NCBI GenBank assembly: GCA_963752255.1
Contig: CAVVXT010000005.1
Location: forward strand, 10,117-74,116
From: Nitrososphaeria archaeon
Lineage (GTDB): Archaea; Thermoproteota; Nitrososphaeria; JACIWG01
Length of the DNA: 64,000 nucleotides
Reading direction: 5' to 3'
This document shows, one piece after another, positions 1 to 8,045 of this stretch. The translations under genes were made by a program, and so were the position numbers. The stretch's first letter is position 1. Every line of letters begins with the position of its first letter. The notes beneath the pieces were generated by a model. That model was not told the DNA's origin, ran no database searches, and saw nothing but the letters and a program-made list of their open reading frames with translations.

Positions 1-368
1 AACGGAACAAAAACAGTAGAACAGTTAATAGAATCCCAATACATGTTGAGATCAGCGAACACTCCACGTTAAGGTTCTAAAAACAAGAATGCTTGATCCC
101 TTCTGAATTTGCCCGCATCCACCTAATATAAAACAGTCTTAACAGAACTGTTAAAGCAAATACTTATCCTTTATCGAATTAGGCTCTGTCAAGTCTTCGA
201 TTGATTTTCTGACTGTAAAAAGTCGGTTGATTTTTTTAGCATTATTTCTTTTTGTAACATCAGTTATAATTATTGCCACTAATAACTGCCGGCGCTTTGA
301 AGATGATGGCGGACTATGTAAAGAGGAAACTCTCAGGTCGATGAAAGAAAAGCACTGTAAGTAGGGGC

Positions 369-382
369 AGTTGATCTACCCC
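369..382 (+). repeat. Variant copy of the GTTGAYCTCTASCC motif (agttgatctacccc)
   Basis: Near-identical to 4864-4878 (agttgatctctaccc) except for a 2-nt gap. Flanked by a gggg/cccc mini-hairpin. Confidence 0.4.
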
Positions 383-494
383 AATACTTTAACTTTTCTA
401 CCTCAATCTTGCATCATGATATAAATTTTAGACATCTATCCAGATTTAGAATACTGATCAGATCGAAGTAGAATCTCGAAACAAGGAATTAGAG

Positions 495-812
495 TTATTT
501 GATTGAAACTTTTCTTAACAGCTTTCCCTTGTACCCCATTATTTCCCATATTGCTTCTACGCCACTCCATTTCAGAATATCGTCAAATTCCCCTCCTTCA
601 ATTAGGGATAATAGGTTCCTAGTTCTGTTTCGGAATTCCATAGCGGAAGTACATCTGGAAACTTTCTTACTTTCTTTTCTCTTTGCTATAAGTTCTGAGC
701 TTTCGGAGCTCAGCAATATATCTTCAAAGATATAGTTCGGTTTTCTACCGATCCTTTTGATAGACATAGCAATCCAGACTTTCTGCTGGACAATGTTCGT
801 GCAGACGTTCAT
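495..812 (-). CDS. Hypothetical protein (105 aa), last gene of a four-gene minus-strand operon
   Basis: ORF track. Co-directional with and overlapping 745..1044. No motif recognised. The true start may be the internal Met near 767. Confidence 0.4.
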   Translation of the reverse strand: MNVCTNIVQQKVWIAMSIKRIGRKPNYIFEDILLSSESSELIAKRKESKKVSRCTSAMEFRNRTRNLLSLIEGGEFDDILKWSGVEAIWEIMGYKGKLLRKVSIK

Positions 813-1044
813 CGTACGTCATTGTCCTATCTCTGATCACAATTCTTTCTGTGGCGGCGACCTTTTCCATGATGGGCTTTAAATTGATGTTAATTTCTTT
901 AATGAGCCTTGATCTGAAGTTCTCCTTCAAAATTCGCTCGCAATGCTGGTCGAGTCTTCCTACTGCTAGGTCAAGACTTTTCTCCAACGCTAAAGCCTCC
1001 CTAAGGGCTACCTCACTCCTATCTATGACGTTGTCAAGGTTCAA
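745..1044 (-). CDS. Hypothetical protein (99 aa), predicted helical/coiled-coil
   Basis: ORF track. Its start overlaps the stop of 1041..1286 by 4 nt, suggesting translational coupling. Heptad-like charged/Leu-rich sequence. Confidence 0.45.
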   Translation of the reverse strand: MNLDNVIDRSEVALREALALEKSLDLAVGRLDQHCERILKENFRSRLIKEININLKPIMEKVAATERIVIRDRTMTYDERLHEHCPAESLDCYVYQKDR

Positions 1045-1286
1045 TATTTCAACGCTTCCATGATTCCATCTTGCAGTTGTGCAATGATGAGTTCAATTCC
1101 GATTGAATTTTTGATTTTCTCCATATTGATGTTTATGTAGGTCTCCAAACCTTTGACGTAAGCTAAGGACAGACTCAGCACATCGTCATTGGGCTCTTTT
1201 ATGATTGAAGGCATCTCGATCAGATTCAATATTATGGAAACATTTTTGTTGCCTTTATTTCGGGCTTCAATTCTTGGAGAGCGCAC
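1041..1286 (-). CDS. Hypothetical protein (81 aa)
   Basis: ORF track. Overlaps the 3' end of 1267..2454 and the start of 745..1044. No motif recognised. Confidence 0.45.
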   Translation of the reverse strand: MRSPRIEARNKGNKNVSIILNLIEMPSIIKEPNDDVLSLSLAYVKGLETYININMEKIKNSIGIELIIAQLQDGIMEALKY

Positions 1287-2454
1287 CCTCGGCTTCGGAG
1301 AGCTTTTCCTTCAGTTGCGAATTGCGGTCTTCAAGCAACTTGTTGCTTGATTCCATTTCTTTTTTTGCAGCATCCATATTTTTGATATCATTATATTCTG
1401 CAACTGCTTCAAGCACATTAAGGGGGTCGCCATATTTTCTGGCGGCTTCAAACACTGCTGCAAACTCTTTATATCCGTAGTGCAATTTTTGTCTAAGGGT
1501 TGTGCACATTTCAAAGATATCTGCAATACGGTCTTTTTCTCCTTGGAGCACCTTTATTTCCGTAGTCAGCAAATCCTTCTGCTCCAACTTCCTTGACACA
1601 TCCTCCTCAAGCGTTAGAAAGCTTGTATATTTGCTGATTGCAGCCAGTACAGCGTATATCCCCCCAAAACGTTCGGAGGCCCTTTGAAGTTCTACGAGGG
1701 TGTACTCGTGTACGTCCTCTGACTTGAGGTAGCTGACAACGTCCAACCCTTCCTTCACCTTGGCCGCTTCTTGTCTTAGTTTTGAGATACGTTCTTCGAA
1801 GCCCTTGATGGTGTCCTTAAGACTATTTTCCTTTGACTGAAGCTCAGAGATTCTCCTTTCAATTTCTTTGGCTGAACCGTACAAGGTTAAGGCGTTAAGG
1901 ACTTCTTTGCAGCTTCCATATTTTTCACAGACATCATGCAATTTTCCTAAATTCTCCAAGCTGAAACCTTTTCCTTCGAGGTTAGATCTGTACCCTAAAG
2001 CGTCTTTGAGTTGGGTTACGGAAGCCTTAGAGTTGATCATTTCTAGGACTGTCCCAAGAAGATCCTGCAGGTTCACATTTGAGTTCTTGGCCACCTTTAA
2101 CACGTTCAAGAGATCCTCTAAGTTAATTCCTTGAGAATCTAAAGTAATCTTAAATGAAACAGAGGCTTCGACCTCATTTAGGCTAAGATCCTTTTCAATC
2201 ATTTTGACGACGAGGTCTATCGCCCTCGCTTTTACGTGGATATCTTCAACCTTCACGTCTAACGTATAGCTTCTTATTGTGGAGGCATCCCATGCGCGAC
2301 CCGACAGTTCACTTATCTCTTCACTCGTGAACCCCCATCTTTTAAGTGCCCTCATGCATTCTTTGGCCGCCTCCTGATCTTGGGGGGAGAGTGGTTTACT
2401 TACCGCCAGCTCCCTTAACTTTTTTATTACGCCTTCAACTTTTTCCATCCACAA
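1267..2454 (-). CDS. Uncharacterised 395-aa protein with an HTH-like N-terminus and repeated coiled-coil modules
   Basis: Long ORF. N-terminal segment KRWGFTSEEISELSGRAWDASTIRSY resembles a helix-turn-helix. Three internal modules begin KYGSCKEVLNAL, RFGGIYAVLAAI and KYGDPLNVLEAV, each followed by a coiled-coil stretch. LEDLL-type repeats lie upstream of them. Confidence 0.7.
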   Translation of the reverse strand: MWMEKVEGVIKKLRELAVSKPLSPQDQEAAKECMRALKRWGFTSEEISELSGRAWDASTIRSYTLDVKVEDIHVKARAIDLVVKMIEKDLSLNEVEASVSFKITLDSQGINLEDLLNVLKVAKNSNVNLQDLLGTVLEMINSKASVTQLKDALGYRSNLEGKGFSLENLGKLHDVCEKYGSCKEVLNALTLYGSAKEIERRISELQSKENSLKDTIKGFEERISKLRQEAAKVKEGLDVVSYLKSEDVHEYTLVELQRASERFGGIYAVLAAISKYTSFLTLEEDVSRKLEQKDLLTTEIKVLQGEKDRIADIFEMCTTLRQKLHYGYKEFAAVFEAARKYGDPLNVLEAVAEYNDIKNMDAAKKEMESSNKLLEDRNSQLKEKLSEAEGALSKN

Positions 2455-2546
2455 TCACTTCATCTTCTTTTTTATTTTCCATTTTGTTCTTCCTATCCTA
2501 GGAGAAGGTTATTTAAAAATTTTTTATAAAAAATAAATATTAATAC

Positions 2547-2567
2547 TAAGTTAGTTAGTTAGTTAGT
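2547..2567. repeat. (TTAG)4 microsatellite in an AT-rich promoter region
   Basis: The sequence aagttagttagttagttagtg is read directly. It lies within AT-rich 2455-2650, upstream of the 1267..2454 start. Confidence 0.9.
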
Positions 2568-2695
2568 GCTTTTTAAGAAAAATTTATAGATTTTTGATGT
2601 AAAATAGAAATTTAGATAGGAGTGGGATAAGATAAGTCTTGCCTCAACCTATCAAATCGCCTTAGTTGAACAACCAGTTAGCATAAAATATGGCG

Positions 2696-2820
2696 ACGTT
2701 GTTCGATGACGCAAACGATGACAGGTGTTGATAAGTGTTGGCTGCTGTTGATGGGTGTTGATAGATGTTGATGATCGTTGATGACTGGCTGTTGACCGGT
2801 GTTGGTGTTTTGATGGCGGT
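2696..2820. repeat. 10-bp phased GTTG/GTTGAT direct-repeat array (iteron-like)
   Basis: Six consecutive 10-mers at 2721-2780 all end in GTTG: acaggtgttg, ataagtgttg, gctgctgttg, atgggtgttg, atagatgttg, atgatcgttg. Further GTTG units occur at 2791 and 2801, and gatgac occurs twice at 2705/2717. Confidence 0.85.
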
Positions 2821-3159
2821 CCATATGTTATAGGAGGCTCAGGAGACTTCAAACCTCTGCCAAACTTCAGCGACTCTCGCACGTATTTATGCTAGGAAGT
2901 GCTGGGGTGCATCACGTTAGCGAGCCTGTCAGTTCCTATGACGTACAACCATATGGATTTGGTCGCGGCAGGTTCCAACATTATTTAACGCCAGCGTCAA
3001 CATAGTTCTAAATCCGATGCAAAAGGTTAGACTTTTTCCCTGTCATCGCCAGGGCATTTGAATGTTGTGATGGATCTGCAGCCCTAAGACTTTTATTGTG
3101 TGCCGCTCGGAAACAAGTAAATTTCTTTGGCATCAATAAATTATAAGGAAATAGCTCTT

Positions 3160-3522
3160 TCAATTCAGGGATAAGGTCCAGAGGCTGCTTCTAAGTATTA
3201 TCTTCCTGTAAGCAACATCTTCAAAAGATTTTATGTTATGTCCAGGCATTATGTAGACAAGTTTACCGTTACCGATTTGTCTTGTCCCTCCAGCTGGATA
3301 GGTGTTCCCTCCATGATAGTATGTCATGAATATACTTTTTTCAGTGTAATCGAACATATCAAAACGGTAAGGTTCATCTTCTATTTCAAATTCGCTTATT
3401 CCATTCATTATGTAATCGCTGCTTCCCGTAGATTTTACTGTAAACTTTGCACGTGGAGGAAGACCTAAAAATTTCGCCCAAATAGAAATAAGCGAGAATA
3501 AATAATAGAAAAATTGGGTGAA
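3160..3522 (-). pseudogene. ThuA-like (trehalose utilisation family) C-terminal remnant
   Basis: FEIEDEPY and GNGKLVYIMPGH...LW resemble the C-terminal half of the ThuA domain. The open frame extends to 3522 with no start codon, and the N-terminal half is absent. Confidence 0.45.
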
Positions 3523-3710
3523 CTAAGAAAGCTATTGAAAAGTTGGATATCGGGTTATAAAGTCTTCTCATTATATATTGGTTTAATATTTTCCAGAATG
3601 AAGCAGTATTCATATCGGCACTTTGAAAACGTAAAATGTTGTTTTTTAATAGTGAACCTGACAGAAAAGAATAATAGAACAGAACTAATAGATTCTGAAG
3701 GGATATTCGC

Positions 3711-4811
3711 TTGAAGATCACAGATGTCAGGATATACCCTGTCAAGGGTAGACATTGGCCTGGGTTTCCCTGGATCATCCTAGAAATCGAGACAGATGAG
3801 GGGATTAGTGGCCTTGGAGAAGCTTTGTCATACCGTTCTAGTGGAGTATTAGATAGTCTAAATGTGATCAAGAAGATGTTACTTAACAGGGATCCAACAC
3901 AAATCGAGTTACTTTGGGAGAAGCTATTCAGGGAAGGCTTTTCTATGCCAGCTATTAGCGGTGTAGAAATTGCCCTTTGGGATATCTTAGGAAAGAAACT
4001 AAACGCCCCTGTCTACAGCCTGCTCGGTGGACGATGCAGAGACAGTGTTGAAGTCTACGTTGACGGATTCTTCAGGGGAGCAGAGTATGTTGAGGAAGAG
4101 TATGCGGCTAAGGCATCTGAAGCTGTCAGTAAAGGCTTTAGATCGCTTAAGATGGACGTTGACGAGGCCATACCTTCTGGTAAAACCATAAACAGGACCC
4201 TAACCCCTGCAGATCTCAAGCACACGGTGAGCATGGTTGAAGCTGTCAGGGAAGCCGTCGGCGATGAAATAAGGTTGGCTATTGACTGCCACGGCGCCTT
4301 TGACACGAACACAGCAATAGTTCTAGCACAGAAGCTTGAGCCGTATAACCTGATGTGGATAGAGGACCCTGTTCCCCAGAACAACCTGCAGGCGATGGCT
4401 AAGGTCAGCCAGAGCACAAGGATTCCCGTTTGCACAGGTGAACTTCTTGACAGCCGCTACATGTTCCGCGAACTCTTTGAAGAGGGAGCTGCACAGATCA
4501 TAATGCCCGACGTAGCGAGAACAGGAGGAATCCTTGAGCTTAAGAAGATAGCTGCTGCAGCGGACACTTACTACATCCCTGTTGCACCACATAACATGGT
4601 CAGCCCCATTGCTACGATGGCGTCCGTTCAGGTATGCGCTAACATTCCTAACTTTCTTGTGCTCGAATTCCAGTTAGGTGATGTTCAATGGAGAGACTCC
4701 ATACTTGATTCGCCTTTGCCCTTAAAGAATGGCCAAATTGAAGTTTCGAACAAGCCAGGCCTTGGAATTAGCCTCAACAAAAAAGAGCTTGAGAAGTATA
4801 TAGTACAATAA
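3711..4811 (+). CDS. Enolase-superfamily enzyme (mandelate racemase/muconate lactonising family, sugar-acid dehydratase-like)
   Basis: MKITDV...IETDEGISGLGEA N-terminal capping domain, then KMDVD, IDCHG and WIEDP metal-ligand-like motifs. 366 aa. Confidence 0.85.
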   Translation: MKITDVRIYPVKGRHWPGFPWIILEIETDEGISGLGEALSYRSSGVLDSLNVIKKMLLNRDPTQIELLWEKLFREGFSMPAISGVEIALWDILGKKLNAPVYSLLGGRCRDSVEVYVDGFFRGAEYVEEEYAAKASEAVSKGFRSLKMDVDEAIPSGKTINRTLTPADLKHTVSMVEAVREAVGDEIRLAIDCHGAFDTNTAIVLAQKLEPYNLMWIEDPVPQNNLQAMAKVSQSTRIPVCTGELLDSRYMFRELFEEGAAQIIMPDVARTGGILELKKIAAAADTYYIPVAPHNMVSPIATMASVQVCANIPNFLVLEFQLGDVQWRDSILDSPLPLKNGQIEVSNKPGLGISLNKKELEKYIVQ

Positions 4812-4863
4812 GAACGCTTCCATCCTTCTTTTGAACTTTAGCCTTTACCTAATACGTTTTGCT

Positions 4864-4916
4864 AGTTGATCTCTACCCTTTTTGTTTAACTATTTATTAG
4901 TAATGAAATAAAAAAG
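4864..4916 (+). repeat. Repeat copy A (GTTGAYCTCTASCC motif plus AT-rich tail)
   Basis: agttgatctctaccctttttgtttaactatttattagtaatgaaataaaaaag aligns with 6248-6306 over about 55 nt with one indel. Confidence 0.65.
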
Positions 4917-5029
4917 TTAAGATTACCGAGGAGCTTTTTTTTCTGTTCATAATAGCTGTTTAAGTAGTTTGAAAGATCTTATGCTTCTTTGACTTGCCAA
5001 AAGAAATGTTAGTATGGTTATAAAGAATA

Positions 5030-5608
5030 CTAAGGGGATCTCTTGGATAAACTGGAAAGCAATGTCATAACACAATAGGGGCAGTGCGGTGAATCAATCG
5101 GTATTTCTTTCCCACATTTTGGGCATTGCTTCGTTTTTATTTGCGATTTTGCATCACGAGATTTTTTTAATTCATCAACGATTTTATTTGATAGGCTTTT
5201 AAGATCAGAATCCCATGTATTTCTTGAAGACTCTAAACTATCTGCTACAAATTTTTCTAAATCATGTTTACTAGATAAGTGCCAAACATATCCGATTAAT
5301 ATGAAAAAAGCACCCACGATTATTAAAGCACGATTTGAGAGGATAGATCCGAATTGATAGAAGACTCCAAAGATGAGGAAAGCTGCGCTGATGATGTATA
5401 AAATGTAACTCGATAGTCTTTTGTTTCGTCCAATTTTGTTTTTTGTTTCAGAGTCTAAAGAAAAATTATCCATCTCGATTAATCTATAAGATAGAAATCC
5501 TATTTCCTTGCGTATCGGAGGGGAGAGGTCTTCCTCTTTGAAAGAAGAACCGCATTCATCTTTAAGTAATTCCAGAGTTCTACTTCTATATTCATCGTCT
5601 TCCTCCAT
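5030..5608 (-). CDS. Membrane protein with a C-terminal zinc ribbon
   Basis: Two hydrophobic helices (YILYIISAAFLIFGVFY, IIVGAFFILIGYVW) and CPKCG...HCPYC at the C-terminus. Confidence 0.6.
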   Translation of the reverse strand: MEEDDEYRSRTLELLKDECGSSFKEEDLSPPIRKEIGFLSYRLIEMDNFSLDSETKNKIGRNKRLSSYILYIISAAFLIFGVFYQFGSILSNRALIIVGAFFILIGYVWHLSSKHDLEKFVADSLESSRNTWDSDLKSLSNKIVDELKKSRDAKSQIKTKQCPKCGKEIPIDSPHCPYCVMTLLSSLSKRSP

Positions 5609-5764
5609 ATCACTAAAATCGATTAAGTATTGTATTTAAGTCTTAGAATTAGTGGACCCCAAAGCCTTTTTTATTTATTTTATCATCACCAAAAAATCTA
5701 TTAGAAACGTTTTGACTATATCGATGATAACAACATTTAAAAACAAATTAAATTTAATTGAAGA

Positions 5765-6244
5765 ATGAGTTCCCATATGTCGAGAATTGTTTATGTCATC
5801 GTAGGTATTTTATTTCTTGTTATAGTCATTGCTATTTTAGCTGGTTTAGTTGTCTATTTTAATACTCAACCAACTGCCATTTTATCAAGTTCAATTGCCA
5901 CAACAATGACTCCAACTAGTACCACTTCAAACGAGTATTCCTTAGAAAAGTTGGCGATAAGCGCATATGCTAGTTCAACAACACAGATTATAATAAATAT
6001 ACAGAATACTAGTTCATCTGATGCGACAATAACCGATATATTCTTGAATGAAAAACTTCTAGCATCGGCTACTCCCGCAGGAACTCTCAGTGGTAGCATT
6101 TCTGCACTACCATATACATTACCGACAGGAGCTTCAGTACAAATAACTCTTAATTTCGCAACGCCCCTAAGCTCTGGTGCCACTTACAATATTAAGGTCC
6201 ACACAGGATCAGGAAATGACTATCCAGCACTTATCACACCTTAA
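5765..6244 (+). CDS. N-terminally anchored Ser/Thr-rich surface protein, paralogue of 12112..12813
   Basis: TM anchor IVYVIVGILFLVIVIAILAGLVVY, then QPT and a T/S-rich linker. C-terminal ITLNFATPLSSGATYNIKV matches ITLNFSSPLQSGTYFITI in 12112..12813. Confidence 0.65.
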   Translation: MSSHMSRIVYVIVGILFLVIVIAILAGLVVYFNTQPTAILSSSIATTMTPTSTTSNEYSLEKLAISAYASSTTQIIINIQNTSSSDATITDIFLNEKLLASATPAGTLSGSISALPYTLPTGASVQITLNFATPLSSGATYNIKVHTGSGNDYPALITP

Positions 6245-6247
6245 GTC

Positions 6248-6306
6248 GGTTGACCTCTAGCCTTTTCTGTAAGTTCATTAACTATTTTTTAGTAAAAATA
6301 AAAAAG
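6248..6306 (+). repeat. Repeat copy B (GTTGAYCTCTASCC motif plus AT-rich tail)
   Basis: ggttgacctctagccttttctgt...ttaactattttttagtaaaaataaaaaag starts 4 nt after the stop of 5765..6244. Confidence 0.65.
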
Positions 6307-6365
6307 ATACGATTTTAATAAATAATATTAAATGAAATCATCTTATGTTATCGTTTAGTTTTATT

Positions 6366-7106
6366 TTAAAGTTTTACAAAATCATCCTTGACGAATATTA
6401 TTAAAATGATTATATAAATAGAAAGGGAGAAAAGCAGCAAGTTGAGAACCACGATTTTATCACTAAAGTTCATCTTTGGTGATGGGATGAACATAGAAAT
6501 GAGTAATATAATTATTGTAAAAATAAAATAATAATATAATTTTATTTTATAATCTTTCTTTTTAAATTGTTCGCCAAATGGGAGATAGAGTGCATAGGAT
6601 GAAAAAAACCCCATAGAGCCTGCAATTACTACTCCAGTTATAGGTGAAAGTAATATGTCCCAATTACTTCTAAAGTGACTTAATAGATTAATCTCAAAAC
6701 TTAAAGGATCGGGGTTAACATTATTGAAGGTTAAATTATTGACGATATAACTATTATAATCATTTAGATTCCCAAAAGGTTTGTTGCTAGTATCGGTAAC
6801 AATGGCATTGCAAAATTGACCATATAAAAGTAGTCTGAATCCTGCATAAACAATTAGTGTTAATAAAATACCACCTATTATTATAGATGGGTTCTTTTTC
6901 TTATAATTTTTAGAATTTAAAAATGTGAATAGTGCTACTACCGCAGCAAAAAGTATGGCAGCATGGGAGATAAGCTCCTGTTCATAGAAATTTAATAAAA
7001 CAGTCTTATAAGGTAAATTCTGATCATCAGATTTTATTGATCCAATAAATGTAACGGACATTAATATTAAAATAACTAAAGCAATAAAGGTAGTTCTTGA
7101 AACCAT
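6366..7106 (-). CDS. Polytopic membrane protein, uncharacterised
   Basis: 246-aa ORF with about 6-7 hydrophobic segments. Extremely AT-rich codon usage. Confidence 0.6.
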   Translation of the reverse strand: MVSRTTFIALVILILMSVTFIGSIKSDDQNLPYKTVLLNFYEQELISHAAILFAAVVALFTFLNSKNYKKKNPSIIIGGILLTLIVYAGFRLLLYGQFCNAIVTDTSNKPFGNLNDYNSYIVNNLTFNNVNPDPLSFEINLLSHFRSNWDILLSPITGVVIAGSMGFFSSYALYLPFGEQFKKKDYKIKLYYYFIFTIIILLISMFIPSPKMNFSDKIVVLNLLLFSLSIYIIILIIFVKDDFVKL

Positions 7107-7254
7107 ATTCTTCCATGTAGAGAATATTTAATATAATATTTAAGACTATAAAAATTAATTTTTTTCATTATTCTATTTCCCATCTTTTTTGTGTAATTAA
7201 ATATTTTATTGCCATATCTCCCTCTTAGAAGGTATTTTAATAAAAAAATATGGA

Positions 7255-7992
7255 TTAGTTAATCTCTAGCCTTCTTTGTTTGACAAGTGTTTGTATATCT
7301 TTAACCATTTGTTCTATGTTAGAAATCTCTTTTTCCAATATTTCAACCCTATTCCCTAAACTTATATTTTCGTTAGCTAGTGAATTAACTAATGTTTGTA
7401 GTTCCTTGTTTTTCTTGCTTATTTCCTCTCTCAGTTTGTTAACGTCTTCTCCAGAGCCAAAGATCGTTAAAACGTATTCTCCCTGCTGATAGAACTTGCC
7501 TAGATTTTCGGAAGTTTATTTCCTATATACCTCTGTTAAATACCCTTCATGCCCCATCAACGTTTCAACTATGTCAACGGGGATAACTGCACCTAGCCTA
7601 GTTCTAAAGAATTTTCTTAACGTGTGAATATGTAATGTTGTCCTATTGGTTTGAGGGTCTTTCTTCATGTACCCTGCTTTATTTAATGCATTATCCCATA
7701 TGAAGTAAGCGTTATTTTCTTCGAAGGGAAATATTCTTTCATCTTCTTTGTTTTTAGCGTATAAGTGGCTTTTCCCTATCGCAGATTTAAGATAATCTTC
7801 TCTTACCTTCATCCATTCGTTAAGAAATAATACAGCTTCTTTTGAAATAAAAGTTATTCTTGAGTTCCCAGATTTAGAATATTCTCCTTTGATCTTTATC
7901 CTATATGGTGATCCCTCGTCCAGGTCAGAAAGCTTAAGTTGAAGACATTCCCATATTCTCATACCTGAACTTGCTAATATGAAATGGCTGAA
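7255..7992 (-). pseudogene. Tyrosine recombinase (integrase) remnant with the catalytic half only and an in-frame TAA
   Basis: SGMRIWECLQLKLSDLD (Arg box), HIHTLRKFFRT, MGHEGYLTEVYRK. The frame opens only at 7992, so the N-terminal domain is missing. After TAA at 7516-7518 the same frame stays open for 86 more codons of coiled-coil sequence with no start codon. Confidence 0.75.
7257..7280 (+). repeat. Repeat copy C (agttaatctctagccttctttgtt)
   Basis: Matches the first part of copies A and B. Overlaps the 3' end of the minus-strand integrase-extension frame. Confidence 0.5.
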
Positions 7993-8045
7993 TTAGGATG
8001 TTCGTATAGAATACTAGTTTAATTAGTATATATCTCATCATACTG

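Larger units (their letters stand above)
4830..7992. mobile_element. AT-rich island ending at an integrase remnant (possible decayed integrated element)
   Basis: Visibly lower GC than the flanks. Contains only membrane/secreted hypothetical genes, repeat copies at 4864, 6248 and 7257, and a truncated tyrosine recombinase at 7255-7992. Confidence 0.35.

Noticed and set aside
2765-2795. TGATGA motifs in the array as C/C' boxes of a C/D-box sRNA.
   Set aside because: There are no properly spaced CTGA D/D' boxes or a terminal stem. The motif is simply part of the GTTGATG repeat unit.
2652-2882. A 76-aa minus-strand ORF covering the GTTG repeat array.
   Set aside because: The repeat period is 10 bp, which is not a multiple of 3. 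The product is His/Gln/Thr/Ser low-complexity sequence and looks like a by-product of the repeat.
4900-4916. The shared AAATAAAAAAG tail as strong evidence linking repeat copies A, B and D.
   Set aside because: Similar A-rich strings occur in many intergenic regions (for example 2465-2480, 5665-5676 and 57461-57476), so this part is low-complexity. Only the GTTGAYCTCTASCC core is used as evidence.
7280-7489. A 69-aa plus-strand ORF.
   Set aside because: It is the antisense shadow of the much more protein-like minus-strand frame that continues the integrase reading frame.
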